Of a stretch of DNA of 64,000 nt, positions 55,824-64,000 are shown in pieces (position 1 is the stretch's first letter; every line of letters starts with the position of its first letter). The notes beneath the pieces are model-generated. The model worked only from the letters and a program-made list of their open reading frames with translations. It searched no databases and was not told the DNA's origin. The stretch comes from an uncultured archaeon (GTDB taxonomy: Archaea > Asgardarchaeota > Lokiarchaeia > Sigyniarchaeales > SOKP01), in contig CAYUTF010000006.1 in NCBI GenBank assembly GCA_964447495.1, positions 1,156 through 65,155 of the forward strand. Reading direction: 5' to 3'. A program made the position numbers and the translations under genes.

Positions 55824-56768
55824 ATGTATAATATTAATATGGAAGAATTTGATGTAGAGAAAATATATGATCTTATTGTTTTAGGAGGAGGTCCTACGGC
55901 TATAGGATGTGCAATATATGCAAAACGATTCGCAATGGATGTGCTCATAATAGGCAAAACTTTTGGAGGATTAATTGCTACTACTCATATTGTAGAAAAT
56001 TATCCTGGAATTACTACAGTTAGTGGTCAGGGCTTAATGGATATGTTCAGAGATCATATGGATTCGCTAGAGATCCCGTACATTTCTGATGAAATAAGAA
56101 GCATTGAAAAAATAGATGACCATTTTGAATTGCTTTCTTTTTTCCAGAAATTTAAAGCCCATTCAATCGTCATCGCAACAGGATCAGTAAGGAAGAAGCT
56201 GGGGATACCTGGAGAAGATGAATTTGCAGGAAGGGGAGTATCTTATTGTGCAACTTGTGATGGTCCATTTTACAAGGATAAGATAGTTTGCGTAATAGGA
56301 GGGAGTGATTCGGCAGCAAAAGAGGCTCTCTTTTTAGCACAGAATGTTAAAAAAGTCTATATCATATATCGAGGTGAAGAATTAAGAGCTGAACCAATAA
56401 ATAAAAAAAGAGTAAAAGAAAATGAGAAAATTGAAATCATATATAAGAGAAATATCATAGAAATCATCGGAGAGGGAAATGTTAAATCTGTTATGTTTGA
56501 TAATGGAGAGATTCTACATGTCGATGGTGTGTTTATTGAAATAGGATCCGTTCCTAACTCTGAGATTGCTCAGCGAATTGGAGTAAATTTGAATGCAAAA
56601 AATGAGATTATAATAAATCGTAAATCCGAAACAAATATTCCTGGTATATTTGCTGCAGGAGATGTGGCGGATGCTCCTTTCAAGCAAGCAATAACAGGAG
56701 TGGCAGAAGGAGTAATGGCAGCATATTCCTCATTTGACTTTTTAAAAGAAATGAATATTGAATATTAA
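55824..56768 (+). CDS. trxB: thioredoxin reductase
   Basis: GGGPTAIG, the redox motif CATCDG, GGSDSAAKEA and GDV are present. Confidence 0.9.
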   Translation: MYNINMEEFDVEKIYDLIVLGGGPTAIGCAIYAKRFAMDVLIIGKTFGGLIATTHIVENYPGITTVSGQGLMDMFRDHMDSLEIPYISDEIRSIEKIDDHFELLSFFQKFKAHSIVIATGSVRKKLGIPGEDEFAGRGVSYCATCDGPFYKDKIVCVIGGSDSAAKEALFLAQNVKKVYIIYRGEELRAEPINKKRVKENEKIEIIYKRNIIEIIGEGNVKSVMFDNGEILHVDGVFIEIGSVPNSEIAQRIGVNLNAKNEIIINRKSETNIPGIFAAGDVADAPFKQAITGVAEGVMAAYSSFDFLKEMNIEY

Positions 56769-56916
56769 TTATTTGATGTGTTTTATCCTATTTTTAATTT
56801 AAAGTCTTTTTAAATCCATAGAATAAAAATCAATTCCATGTTATATTGGAGTTTATATTATTCTATTAAAAAAAATAACAACCAAGAAATTTTTAATAAA
56901 CTGGAGAAGATATTTC

Positions 56917-58230
56917 GTGTCTTGGCTAAGTGTTATTTTAACGCTTACTTTAACCATTACTTGTTATTATATTATTACTATTTTTTATTTAGAGGTTTTG
57001 AAAAAGAAAGGAAAATCTTTTTGGAAGAAATTAAAGCTAAATAAAAATCATCCAAGATTAAATACTGTACTGGGGCTTAGTTTATTAATTTTATTAGGGG
57101 GATCAATAGGATTATTCTGTTTTAATATAAGTAATCGAATTGCATATTTTAAATTTGGCATATCAGGTTCATCTGAGTGGGTCTATTCGAATGGTCAAAA
57201 ATATCTACACATCAACGCAGATAATAATTATGATTTAGGGTATCACACAGGGTACCAATTATCATCAGAAGTTTTCAAAATGAAATTTTTATTATCTGTT
57301 TCAGAAGCTTCCTTTGGTGTTTCCTATGCTCAATTTCTCGATTTATCAGAAAAATATCTTCCATTTATTCCTCAAAAATATATTGAGGAAATGCAAGGTT
57401 TAAGTGAAGGTGCTTCTGCGGGAAGTGGTTTTCCTATAAGCTTTTCTGATATTCTTATACAAAATGTTATTTTTGAGATTTTATATGGTCTTATCAATCC
57501 TCTTGATTTATCTGTGGAAAATACTTTAGGATGTACCACTTTTGGTTCAAAAAATCATGATGGAACAATAATTATAGGTCAAAATATGGATTTAGTAAAA
57601 CCTTTTTCATGGGTACAATCATTCGTATTGCATAAAGTAAATGATGATCCCTACGTTTTTTCTTATAGGCTAGGAGGGTGTTTAGCGATGCCTATGGGAA
57701 AAAATGAATATGGATTGACATTAATAACAAATTTAGTACAAACAAAAATAGTAGCACCAATAATGACACCAACATTTGTCTTGATAAGAGAAGGTTTAGA
57801 AAAAGAAAAGAGTGTAGATGACTTATATGATTCGCTATTTCCAAGTAATAAAAGTTCGTATAGTAGAAATTTTATAATTGCAAATCAAACTACTTTATTA
57901 TCAGTTCAATCTTTACCAGATAATCAAACAATTTGTCATCCTGAAACGATAGTTGTACAATCTAACACTTTTAACAATCTTTATTGGCAAAAATATCTGG
58001 TTGATGACCAATACTCAAAAGAGCGACAAATATACGCTGAAAGTTTAATAATCGATGCTTTTAATGATAATGAATTAACAAATCAAGAATTACTTTTAAT
58101 TTTAAAAGATACCCCAATCATTTGTAGAGACGAAGAAGGTCTCATTGGAATGAGTACGCTAGCATTTATGACTTCTAAATCCTTTGGGTTAGGAAATCCA
58201 AATGGTAAGATCGGAATTCTCCCATTTTAG
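56917..58230 (+). CDS. membrane-anchored peptidase C45 / acyl-CoA:6-APA acyltransferase-family Ntn hydrolase
   Basis: It has two N-terminal TM segments. The nucleophile context LGCTTFGSK..GQNMD is typical of C45/choloylglycine-type Ntn hydrolases. Confidence 0.6.
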   Translation: MSWLSVILTLTLTITCYYIITIFYLEVLKKKGKSFWKKLKLNKNHPRLNTVLGLSLLILLGGSIGLFCFNISNRIAYFKFGISGSSEWVYSNGQKYLHINADNNYDLGYHTGYQLSSEVFKMKFLLSVSEASFGVSYAQFLDLSEKYLPFIPQKYIEEMQGLSEGASAGSGFPISFSDILIQNVIFEILYGLINPLDLSVENTLGCTTFGSKNHDGTIIIGQNMDLVKPFSWVQSFVLHKVNDDPYVFSYRLGGCLAMPMGKNEYGLTLITNLVQTKIVAPIMTPTFVLIREGLEKEKSVDDLYDSLFPSNKSSYSRNFIIANQTTLLSVQSLPDNQTICHPETIVVQSNTFNNLYWQKYLVDDQYSKERQIYAESLIIDAFNDNELTNQELLLILKDTPIICRDEEGLIGMSTLAFMTSKSFGLGNPNGKIGILPF

Positions 58231-58274
58231 CTATAAGTCATAATTTTAATAGTTAAATAAAAAAAAGAAATATA

Positions 58275-58583
58275 TTAATCAATTGGTACATCTACAGCAC
58301 CTTCCATATGATCCTTGAAAGGTACTTCAACTTTTAATATTCCATTTTTATACATGGCTTTCGATTTATCAGCAGATACGGGACAACATATGGCATATGA
58401 TCCCACATATACTGTATTTTCACTTTCCCCTTTCACAAAAAAAGAATCCTCATGCATTTTCAAAGCTATTGTATCTTTTTCTACACCGGGCATAGTTATT
58501 TCAATATGATAATTATCATGTTCATCATCTGCATAAGCACATATATCAGGGGATATTATATACTTTTCTTTCTCTTCAGATAT
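58275..58583 (-). CDS. Hsp20/alpha-crystallin-domain small heat shock protein
   Basis: HIEITMPGVEKDTIALKMHEDSFFVKGE...AMYKNGILKVEVP is present. The track start ATG 58493 falls inside the ACD (within ..EITMPGV..). The frame is open back to TGA 58592-58590, and ATA 58583 lies 6 nt after GGTGA (58594-58590). Confidence 0.7.
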   Translation of the reverse strand: MSEEKEKYIISPDICAYADDEHDNYHIEITMPGVEKDTIALKMHEDSFFVKGESENTVYVGSYAICCPVSADKSKAMYKNGILKVEVPFKDHMEGAVDVPID

Positions 58584-58779
58584 GATTAATCACCTTTTTA
58601 ATTTAATTGGATTTATTTCATTAAGAAATATCAAAATAGGCATTTTAAAACTTTGTTTTATGATTTGTAAGACTTTGGACTAAATCCTTATTTGAAAGAA
58701 TATTTCAGAGCCATTTTTATTTTATTTTATAAATTTTATACATAATATCATATTTACGTTAACTTTATCGCCTATTTTT

Positions 58780-59448
58780 TCAAAATTCTGCTAGAGGAAT
58801 TTTGCCATCCAAAAAGATGGTACTCCCATCGAAAGAAATTTGGATTGCATAGATAGGAATATTCTTTTTTCTTGCTTCACTTAATTTAATTGAGAAGATA
58901 GGATCGGTCTCCCAATTAGGTTTGAAATTATTAGATTTACGAAAAATTAAGAACATTATCATTCCATTATGATCTATTATTTCTTGCACATGACGAGCCC
59001 CTCTTTTAGTAGGAGCATCAGGAAATAGAGCGATCTCATCCTGAACTAAAGTGACTCCTTTAACTTCCAATGGAACGCCGTCTAACAGAAAGTCTATACG
59101 ACTTTTACCTATTTTAACTTCTTTTTGGATAGTATTTACTTTTTCAAAATCTTCTAGAAATTTAAACACTTGTAAAGCTATTTTCGAGTGAAGTGCGGTA
59201 TCAATTAAAATCCATTCGCCATTGTGTAGCACTGCTTTAACGTAATAATCTAACTTTCCCTTAGAATTAGCAAATAAAATCTTTGAATTTTTGATTAATA
59301 ATTCAGTTAATCTTCCAGGATCATGAATATGAGCTGAAAACACTTTATTTTTATATTCTATCTCACTTGAAAACCTATTAGGCCGGTTTAAAAAAGTACC
59401 TAGTTTAAGATTCGTCAATTTTAATAAAGGAATTTGAGAATTCTTCAT
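58780..59448 (-). CDS. sfsA: sugar fermentation stimulation protein SfsA-like nuclease-fold protein
   Basis: FLNRPNRFSSEI...AHIHDPGRLTELL and the C-terminal PD-(D/E)xK-like region are present. Confidence 0.75.
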   Translation of the reverse strand: MKNSQIPLLKLTNLKLGTFLNRPNRFSSEIEYKNKVFSAHIHDPGRLTELLIKNSKILFANSKGKLDYYVKAVLHNGEWILIDTALHSKIALQVFKFLEDFEKVNTIQKEVKIGKSRIDFLLDGVPLEVKGVTLVQDEIALFPDAPTKRGARHVQEIIDHNGMIMFLIFRKSNNFKPNWETDPIFSIKLSEARKKNIPIYAIQISFDGSTIFLDGKIPLAEF

Positions 59449-59563
59449 AACGATGATAAATAGAAGAGATTTTTAATAATTAGAGGTATTAAAATAGAGA
59501 TTAAAAAGATATTATTATATAATATAAACTATATAGATAAATAGACTTCAATTTTCTTCAATC

Positions 59564-59806
59564 ATGATGAATACGATAAAAAAGCATAAGAATATTGCAA
59601 GTTATAAATTCCACCATATTGACACTGATAAATGTAAGAGATGCACTCAATTTTCTTGTGAAGAAGCATGTTTTAGAGGAATTTATAAAGTGATTAATAA
59701 AAATTCTGAACCACGATGCACAGTTGTTGAGAATCGAGAAGATCGATGCGTTAAATGTCATATTTGTACGACAGCATGTAAATTTGAAGCTATTACTATT
59801 GATTAA
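59564..59806 (+). CDS. small ferredoxin-like 4Fe-4S protein
   Basis: CKRCTQFSCEEAC and CVKCHICTTAC motifs are present. Confidence 0.6.
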   Translation: MMNTIKKHKNIASYKFHHIDTDKCKRCTQFSCEEACFRGIYKVINKNSEPRCTVVENREDRCVKCHICTTACKFEAITID

Positions 59807-59958
59807 TCATTATATTTTTAATAAACTCATTTTAAAGGCATATAAACTAGCTAATTAATATTAAATTGGATTATAAGATATTAGATAAATCTTATAAAAT
59901 ATAAATTTTAGAAAAAATTAATGAAATATAGAATTTATAAAAATTTAAATGATTTATT

Positions 59959-60516
59959 ATGATATCAGAAAAATTAAAACTAGATGATATTGACCGTAAG
60001 ATAATTAGCTTAGTCCAAGATGATCCTAGTCTTACTCATACTGAAATCGCAGAAAAAATTGATAGAAGTCAACCTACAGTCGGTATGCGAATCAAGAAAT
60101 TAGAAAAAGAAGGAATTCTTCAATTCCAACCAGGTATTAATTTTAAAAAGGTGGACTTATTTCTGGCTACTGTTGAATTAAAAACTAAATATCCCGATGA
60201 GATAATCGATATGGCTAAATATTGTCCATTTATGCTAAATGCTTTCCGCTTAAGTGGGGATCATAACATATGTATCCTTCTTGCAAGCTCAAAGCTTGAT
60301 AAGTTAGATAATATTATCAATTATCATTTTAGAAATAATATTAATGTCCAATCTGTTTCAATGGAAATTGTAACTCAAATTGCTAAGGATTTTATTCTTC
60401 CGATTGACTTTGATTCCGAAAATCATAATCCCACATTGGAGGAGGGATGCGGAGAGAACTGTAAATATAGGTTGGGTGCGTTAAAAGGAAGGGTAGAGGA
60501 ATCACATTTCATGTGA
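59959..60516 (+). CDS. Lrp/AsnC-like wHTH regulator with Cys-containing C-terminal extension
   Basis: DDIDRKIISLVQDDPSLTHTEIAEKIDRSQPTVGMRIKKLEKEGIL is present, with a RAM-like core and the C-terminal motif CGENC. Confidence 0.6.
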   Translation: MISEKLKLDDIDRKIISLVQDDPSLTHTEIAEKIDRSQPTVGMRIKKLEKEGILQFQPGINFKKVDLFLATVELKTKYPDEIIDMAKYCPFMLNAFRLSGDHNICILLASSKLDKLDNIINYHFRNNINVQSVSMEIVTQIAKDFILPIDFDSENHNPTLEEGCGENCKYRLGALKGRVEESHFM

Positions 60517-60540
60517 TGTGTTTACAAGAAAGATTGAGGA

Positions 60541-61110
60541 TTATTCTTCCTCCTCTATTTTATCAAATCGATATTTTGGAAGATTTACATTAAGATTACA
60601 ATCAGGACCACAATTATTAGAATGAATATCAAACTTTTCTATCTGAAAGTCTATTGGTACTACAAAATCATGAATAGATTCTATAATAATATTAGTTTTC
60701 ACACTTGTAACATGGGGATCTTTTCTAAAACATATATCCACTAACTTTTCGATAGTCTGTAAGTCTGAAGCAGCTACAAAGCATAATAAATTAAATTCAC
60801 CAGAGATTTTAAATGCATGATTGACAAACGGGCATTTCTCGAGTTTGTTAACAATACTATCAACATCTTTAGTTGAGATAAATACAATCGCAGTCTTAAT
60901 ATCTACTTTTTTGATATTAAATCCCACTTGCTTTGTTAATAGATTTTTCCTCTCTAACTTTATAATTCGAGCACCAACTGCAGGTTGAGACTTTTCTATT
61001 TCTGCAGCAATCTGACTATGGGTGATATCTGGATCATGCTCAATCATTTCGATTATTTTATAATCGTCATCATCAATTCCTAATATTTCCTTAAAAGTTT
61101 TCTTTATCAT
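60541..61110 (-). CDS. Lrp/AsnC-like wHTH regulator, convergent paralog of 59959..60516
   Basis: It is colinear with its neighbour (DDYKIIEMIEHDPDITHSQIAAEIEKSQPAVGARIIKLERKNLL; CPFVNHAF; PIDF; CGPDC). Confidence 0.6.
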   Translation of the reverse strand: MIKKTFKEILGIDDDDYKIIEMIEHDPDITHSQIAAEIEKSQPAVGARIIKLERKNLLTKQVGFNIKKVDIKTAIVFISTKDVDSIVNKLEKCPFVNHAFKISGEFNLLCFVAASDLQTIEKLVDICFRKDPHVTSVKTNIIIESIHDFVVPIDFQIEKFDIHSNNCGPDCNLNVNLPKYRFDKIEEEE

Positions 61111-61290
61111 ACCTTTGTACCTAGAGACTCTATTTTAATATAAATTTTATTTCTATGAATATAAAATTTCCTTGTATTTAATATTAAAAAATATGAATAG
61201 TTATGATTTAGTTCTTTTATTTTATAAATTATATTTCTAACCTTTGTTTAATAATATAAGTTATAATATTATATTTTCTTTGTTTTTCAT

Positions 61291-62274
61291 TTAGAGAAAA
61301 CTAGTAGATAATTGAAGAAATAAAATAATCAAAGAGTATCCAATAAATCCAAGTAAAAAGTAAAGTGGTTTACCTTTTTCTTTTTCCGGGATTACTTCGC
61401 GGACAATAGTGTATAAGATTACTCCAGAAATGAAAGAATATATAATATAGAATAATTCTAAATCAAGAGGGTTTATTGGGAAAATGAGTTCAAGAAGTAT
61501 TTCAATAATAATTCCTAATAAGACAGCACTAGCCAAGAGATATTTTCTTAGCTTATTATCACTAATATCCGTCTTCTCATAAATTTCTAGGTCTGCAAAT
61601 ATAATATGACTCTCAGATCTATTTGTTATAATAGCTCTAGACCATGCAAATATAAAAAAAAGGATACCTGATATGAATTCTATCGAAAGCAAACCTGCTA
61701 ATATAATTCCTATAAGAAAATGATATGTAAAATCTGTAAAAATTCGCAATCGCGATAAATCTTCACTAACACGGTTTTGAATTTTAATTTTATAGCGATT
61801 TATTTCATATAACATTTCTTCTTCCTCTTTATTTAAGCTAGAAATCGTTTGAGCTATATCTCTTACCGCTAATTCATCTAAGCTATCCTTAGTTAGCTCT
61901 TTAGTTAAAATTCTCTCAATATTTCTCTCAACTTGCTCTAATGTTTTTTCTTTAAGAAGTAACTTTCGCATTCTTTTCTGGGAGTTCAATTCAACTTTCT
62001 GAAGGATTATTTTTTCAGATAAATGGACAAATGAAAAACCAACTACTACAAAAAAATATTCAAAAATTACAACATCAAAAGGATATACAGGTATTCCAAC
62101 AGCAACTTCTGGAAGCAGAACAAGAAAGAAGTAAGCTAATGACATTCCACCTATAAGAGAAATATGGAGTTTAGGATGTTTATGTTCATAAAAATCAACA
62201 ATAAAAAAAACCATCCCAAATACTAGAGATACAATCGCTACAATTAAAAAATTCTCGATCATTATTATTCTCAA
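61291..62274 (-). CDS. integral membrane protein with central charged coiled-coil loop
   Basis: TM segments flank a ~100-aa K/E-rich segment. The likely start is ATG 62262. Confidence 0.45.
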   Translation of the reverse strand: MRIIMIENFLIVAIVSLVFGMVFFIVDFYEHKHPKLHISLIGGMSLAYFFLVLLPEVAVGIPVYPFDVVIFEYFFVVVGFSFVHLSEKIILQKVELNSQKRMRKLLLKEKTLEQVERNIERILTKELTKDSLDELAVRDIAQTISSLNKEEEEMLYEINRYKIKIQNRVSEDLSRLRIFTDFTYHFLIGIILAGLLSIEFISGILFFIFAWSRAIITNRSESHIIFADLEIYEKTDISDNKLRKYLLASAVLLGIIIEILLELIFPINPLDLELFYIIYSFISGVILYTIVREVIPEKEKGKPLYFLLGFIGYSLIILFLQLSTSFL

Positions 62275-62379
62275 GATTGAAGATTTTTATTAAAGTTTTA
62301 TGATATGAAACTTAAAATTAAATTATTAATAGTATCTATTTTTTTAGTATGCTAACTTGATTAATTAATGTGAATATAG

Positions 62380-63291
62380 ATGGAATTTCTGATAGTTTTT
62401 TCAACAGAAGATAAAGCTTCAATGAATATTAGAAATAATATAATGAATTCAAAAAAATATTCATTAAAAGAGCTTGATATAATTTGGCATGAAAATAAGT
62501 TATTTCAATTAGAAAGTTTTACAAAAAATAAAGCACTGAATGCTATTTTAAAGAATAATCAAATTTACTTGGGATTAACTGATGAACATTTAATTTTTTT
62601 AACCAGTTTAAAATTAAACAAATTTAAGATTAATCCTAACTTAGTTGTATTTGCTAGTCGTCATACTTCTAAGACAGCAAGACCAGCTATATTAATCCAC
62701 ACAACAGGCAATTGGAGTGATGATGCAAGTTTTGGAGGAAGTCCTCATGAACTTTCTAAAACAAGTGCCTTATTGCAAAAAGCGGGTTTTTATTGTTTAG
62801 AGGAACATTTAAAAAAGAGAAGTTTACCTGAATTTAAGTTTGATATGGAAGTAACCCATCATGGTCCGACAAAAGTTGATATCCCTCTTGTATTTATGGA
62901 GTTAGGAAGTAGTAAAAAAGAATGGGGGATAAAAGAGGCAGGTGAGAGGGTTGGGGATGCCATAGTTGATACCATCTTTAAATATCTTTCATTTAAGGAA
63001 GATAAAACTTTACAAATTGGATTAGGATTTGGTGGAACTCATTATGCTCCAAATTTTTATAAAATTATGAGGGAAACTAATATTGCCTTATCTTTTATTT
63101 GTCCAAAATATCATATAAAAAACCTTGATGAAAATTTGGTCACTCAAATGATGCAAAATACTATTGAAGATATTGATTATTTTATAATAGACTGGAAAGG
63201 AACAAACTCAGAGGAAAAGCAACACTTATTTATGATTTTAAAAGAATTTGATCTACCTATTAAAAAAACTAAAGATTTTAAATCTGTCTGA
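62380..63291 (+). CDS. dtdA: D-aminoacyl-tRNA deacylase, archaeal DTD2 type
   Basis: VFSTEDKASMNI, FASRHTS, AILIHTTGNW, EVTHHGPT and GGTHYAP motifs are present. Confidence 0.7.
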   Translation: MEFLIVFSTEDKASMNIRNNIMNSKKYSLKELDIIWHENKLFQLESFTKNKALNAILKNNQIYLGLTDEHLIFLTSLKLNKFKINPNLVVFASRHTSKTARPAILIHTTGNWSDDASFGGSPHELSKTSALLQKAGFYCLEEHLKKRSLPEFKFDMEVTHHGPTKVDIPLVFMELGSSKKEWGIKEAGERVGDAIVDTIFKYLSFKEDKTLQIGLGFGGTHYAPNFYKIMRETNIALSFICPKYHIKNLDENLVTQMMQNTIEDIDYFIIDWKGTNSEEKQHLFMILKEFDLPIKKTKDFKSV

Positions 63292-63308
63292 CTTAAAAAG
63301 ATTATTTG

Positions 63309-64000
63309 TTATTGATATTCTTTATAATATTTGATTAAATTCTCAAAGACGTAATGACAAGCTACATATCCTTGGGTTGCAGCTTTAGATAATATTTTAT
63401 TTAGTAATTCAGGATTTTTTGCTCCTTCTGTGACAGTTACATTGATTTCCCTTATATTATAATAACTTCTCCAAAAGAGTGTTGGCCAATCGACGAGGGG
63501 ACGTAATAATTGATTAAACTTCTTTTTACCTTTCTCAGATAATTCAACTTCTTTACCTAAATTATAATAGAAAACATTTCCCTTTTTCTTTTTAGTAAAA
63601 AACCCATCATTAATTATTAAATTGATAGTTTTTTTAAGCTCTGGTAATTTTAAATCAATATTAATTTTTTTAAGATTTTCTTTTATTTCTGTAGCTTTTT
63701 GTCCTACCCTCTTGACCAAAAAATAATTTCTCGCTAATATATTATATTTCAATGGAACAGTCTCATGATCCATTTCATTATATTGAATTAAATTGCCCAG
63801 AATTTCTTTAGCTACAAAGTATTGAAGATTTAATTGATCTTCCTCTGAAAAATCTCTTAAAAATTTGTCAGAATTATTAAAGTAAGAACTGTAAAGCGTA
63901 GAAAGTAATGATTTTATTGAAAGAAACCCATCTTCGAAAGAGAGTCGAATAGTATCTAAAATTTTTATCCTATAATCAACATCGTTAAGAAAAGCGTCCT
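63309..64000 (-). CDS. hypothetical protein (5' end beyond window)
   Basis: The track starts it at ATG 63773. However, the reverse frame stays open and protein-like (…DAFLNDVDYRIKILDTIRLSFEDGFLSIKSLLSTLYSSYFNNSDKFLRDFSEEDQLNLQYFVAKEILGNLIQYNEMDHE…) to the window end. Confidence 0.45.
   Translation of the reverse strand, partial: DAFLNDVDYRIKILDTIRLSFEDGFLSIKSLLSTLYSSYFNNSDKFLRDFSEEDQLNLQYFVAKEILGNLIQYNEMDHETVPLKYNILARNYFLVKRVGQKATEIKENLKKINIDLKLPELKKTINLIINDGFFTKKKKGNVFYYNLGKEVELSEKGKKKFNQLLRPLVDWPTLFWRSYYNIREINVTVTEGAKNPELLNKILSKAATQGYVACHYVFENLIKYYKEYQ

Noticed and set aside
56838-57044. 68-aa ORF overlapping the start of the C45 hydrolase gene in another frame.
   Set aside because: Its translation is low-complexity (YYYYFLF). 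The overlapping frame encodes plausible TM helices continuous with the hydrolase.
578-59761. About 35 short (60-120 aa) track ORFs lying antisense to or inside longer genes. Examples: 578..799, 2212..2436, 3110..3328, 3716..3915, 4083..4277, 6823..7011, 8979..9197, 10058..10252, 11992..12255, 15155..15403, 19080..19346, 20052..20384, 20613..20807, 20988..21170, 26338..26559, 26668..26952, 27766..27948, 28625..28987, 32041..32444, 35160..35447, 36030..36260, 36615..36881, 37230..37436, 39751..40032, 47678..47902, 50738..50932, 51821..52090, 52194..52418, 54960..55316, 58315..58509, 59558..59761.
   Set aside because: Each overlaps a longer ORF that has clear family motifs. Their translations are low-complexity or Ser/Leu/Phe-rich, as expected for antisense frames, and none shows a recognisable motif.
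1-64000. CRISPR arrays, rRNA genes, transposases/integrases and prophage-like genes.
   Set aside because: I saw no regularly spaced direct repeats, no long GC-rich rRNA-like stretch in this AT-rich background, and no ORF with a recognisable transposase, integrase or capsid motif.

Overview
This is a very AT-rich, gene-dense archaeal chromosome segment. Archaeal markers include TFB, Gar1, eS26, ArcS plus RaSEA, TrmY, archaeal-type DTD2 and RNase Z. Two Roadblock/LC7 genes and a divergent small-GTPase-like gene suggest an Asgard (Lokiarchaeia-like) origin, but that is inference only.

I recognised no rRNA, tRNA, CRISPR array or transposase.

- 1-29 kb: housekeeping genes mixed with lineage-specific genes (PIN-TPR, TPR-like, coiled-coil, ABC exporter).
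- About 29.8-56.8 kb: an unusually dense redox, sulfur and oxygen-stress region.
  - Sulfur and Fe-S genes: a corrinoid protein, TusA, IscS, an IscU fusion and a CoADR-rhodanese-TusA-rhodanese protein.
  - Oxygen-defence genes: rubrerythrin, desulfoferrodoxin, a flavodiiron protein, and an NADH:rubredoxin oxidoreductase-rubredoxin fusion followed by two unannotated small rubredoxin genes.
  - Thiol-disulfide genes: an iron-sulfur flavoprotein, glutaredoxin-like proteins, an FTR-like catalytic subunit, two HdrB/D-like CCG proteins, three tandem PDO paralogs and thioredoxin reductase.

The most unusual signal is a translation-initiation pattern rather than a gene cluster. At least five conserved genes (TFB, eS26, rubredoxin, Hsp20, MacB-like permease) have essential or conserved N-terminal residues encoded upstream of any in-frame ATG, GTG or TTG. 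In each case an in-frame ATT or ATA is present, and in four of the five it sits 5-7 nt after a GGTG(A) Shine-Dalgarno motif.

Other notable items are a promoter- and terminator-flanked 19-bp-stem structured element (candidate ncRNA or MITE) and an IscU fused to a degenerate thioredoxin-reductase NADPH domain. All functional calls come from reading the translated sequence for motifs, not from database searches.
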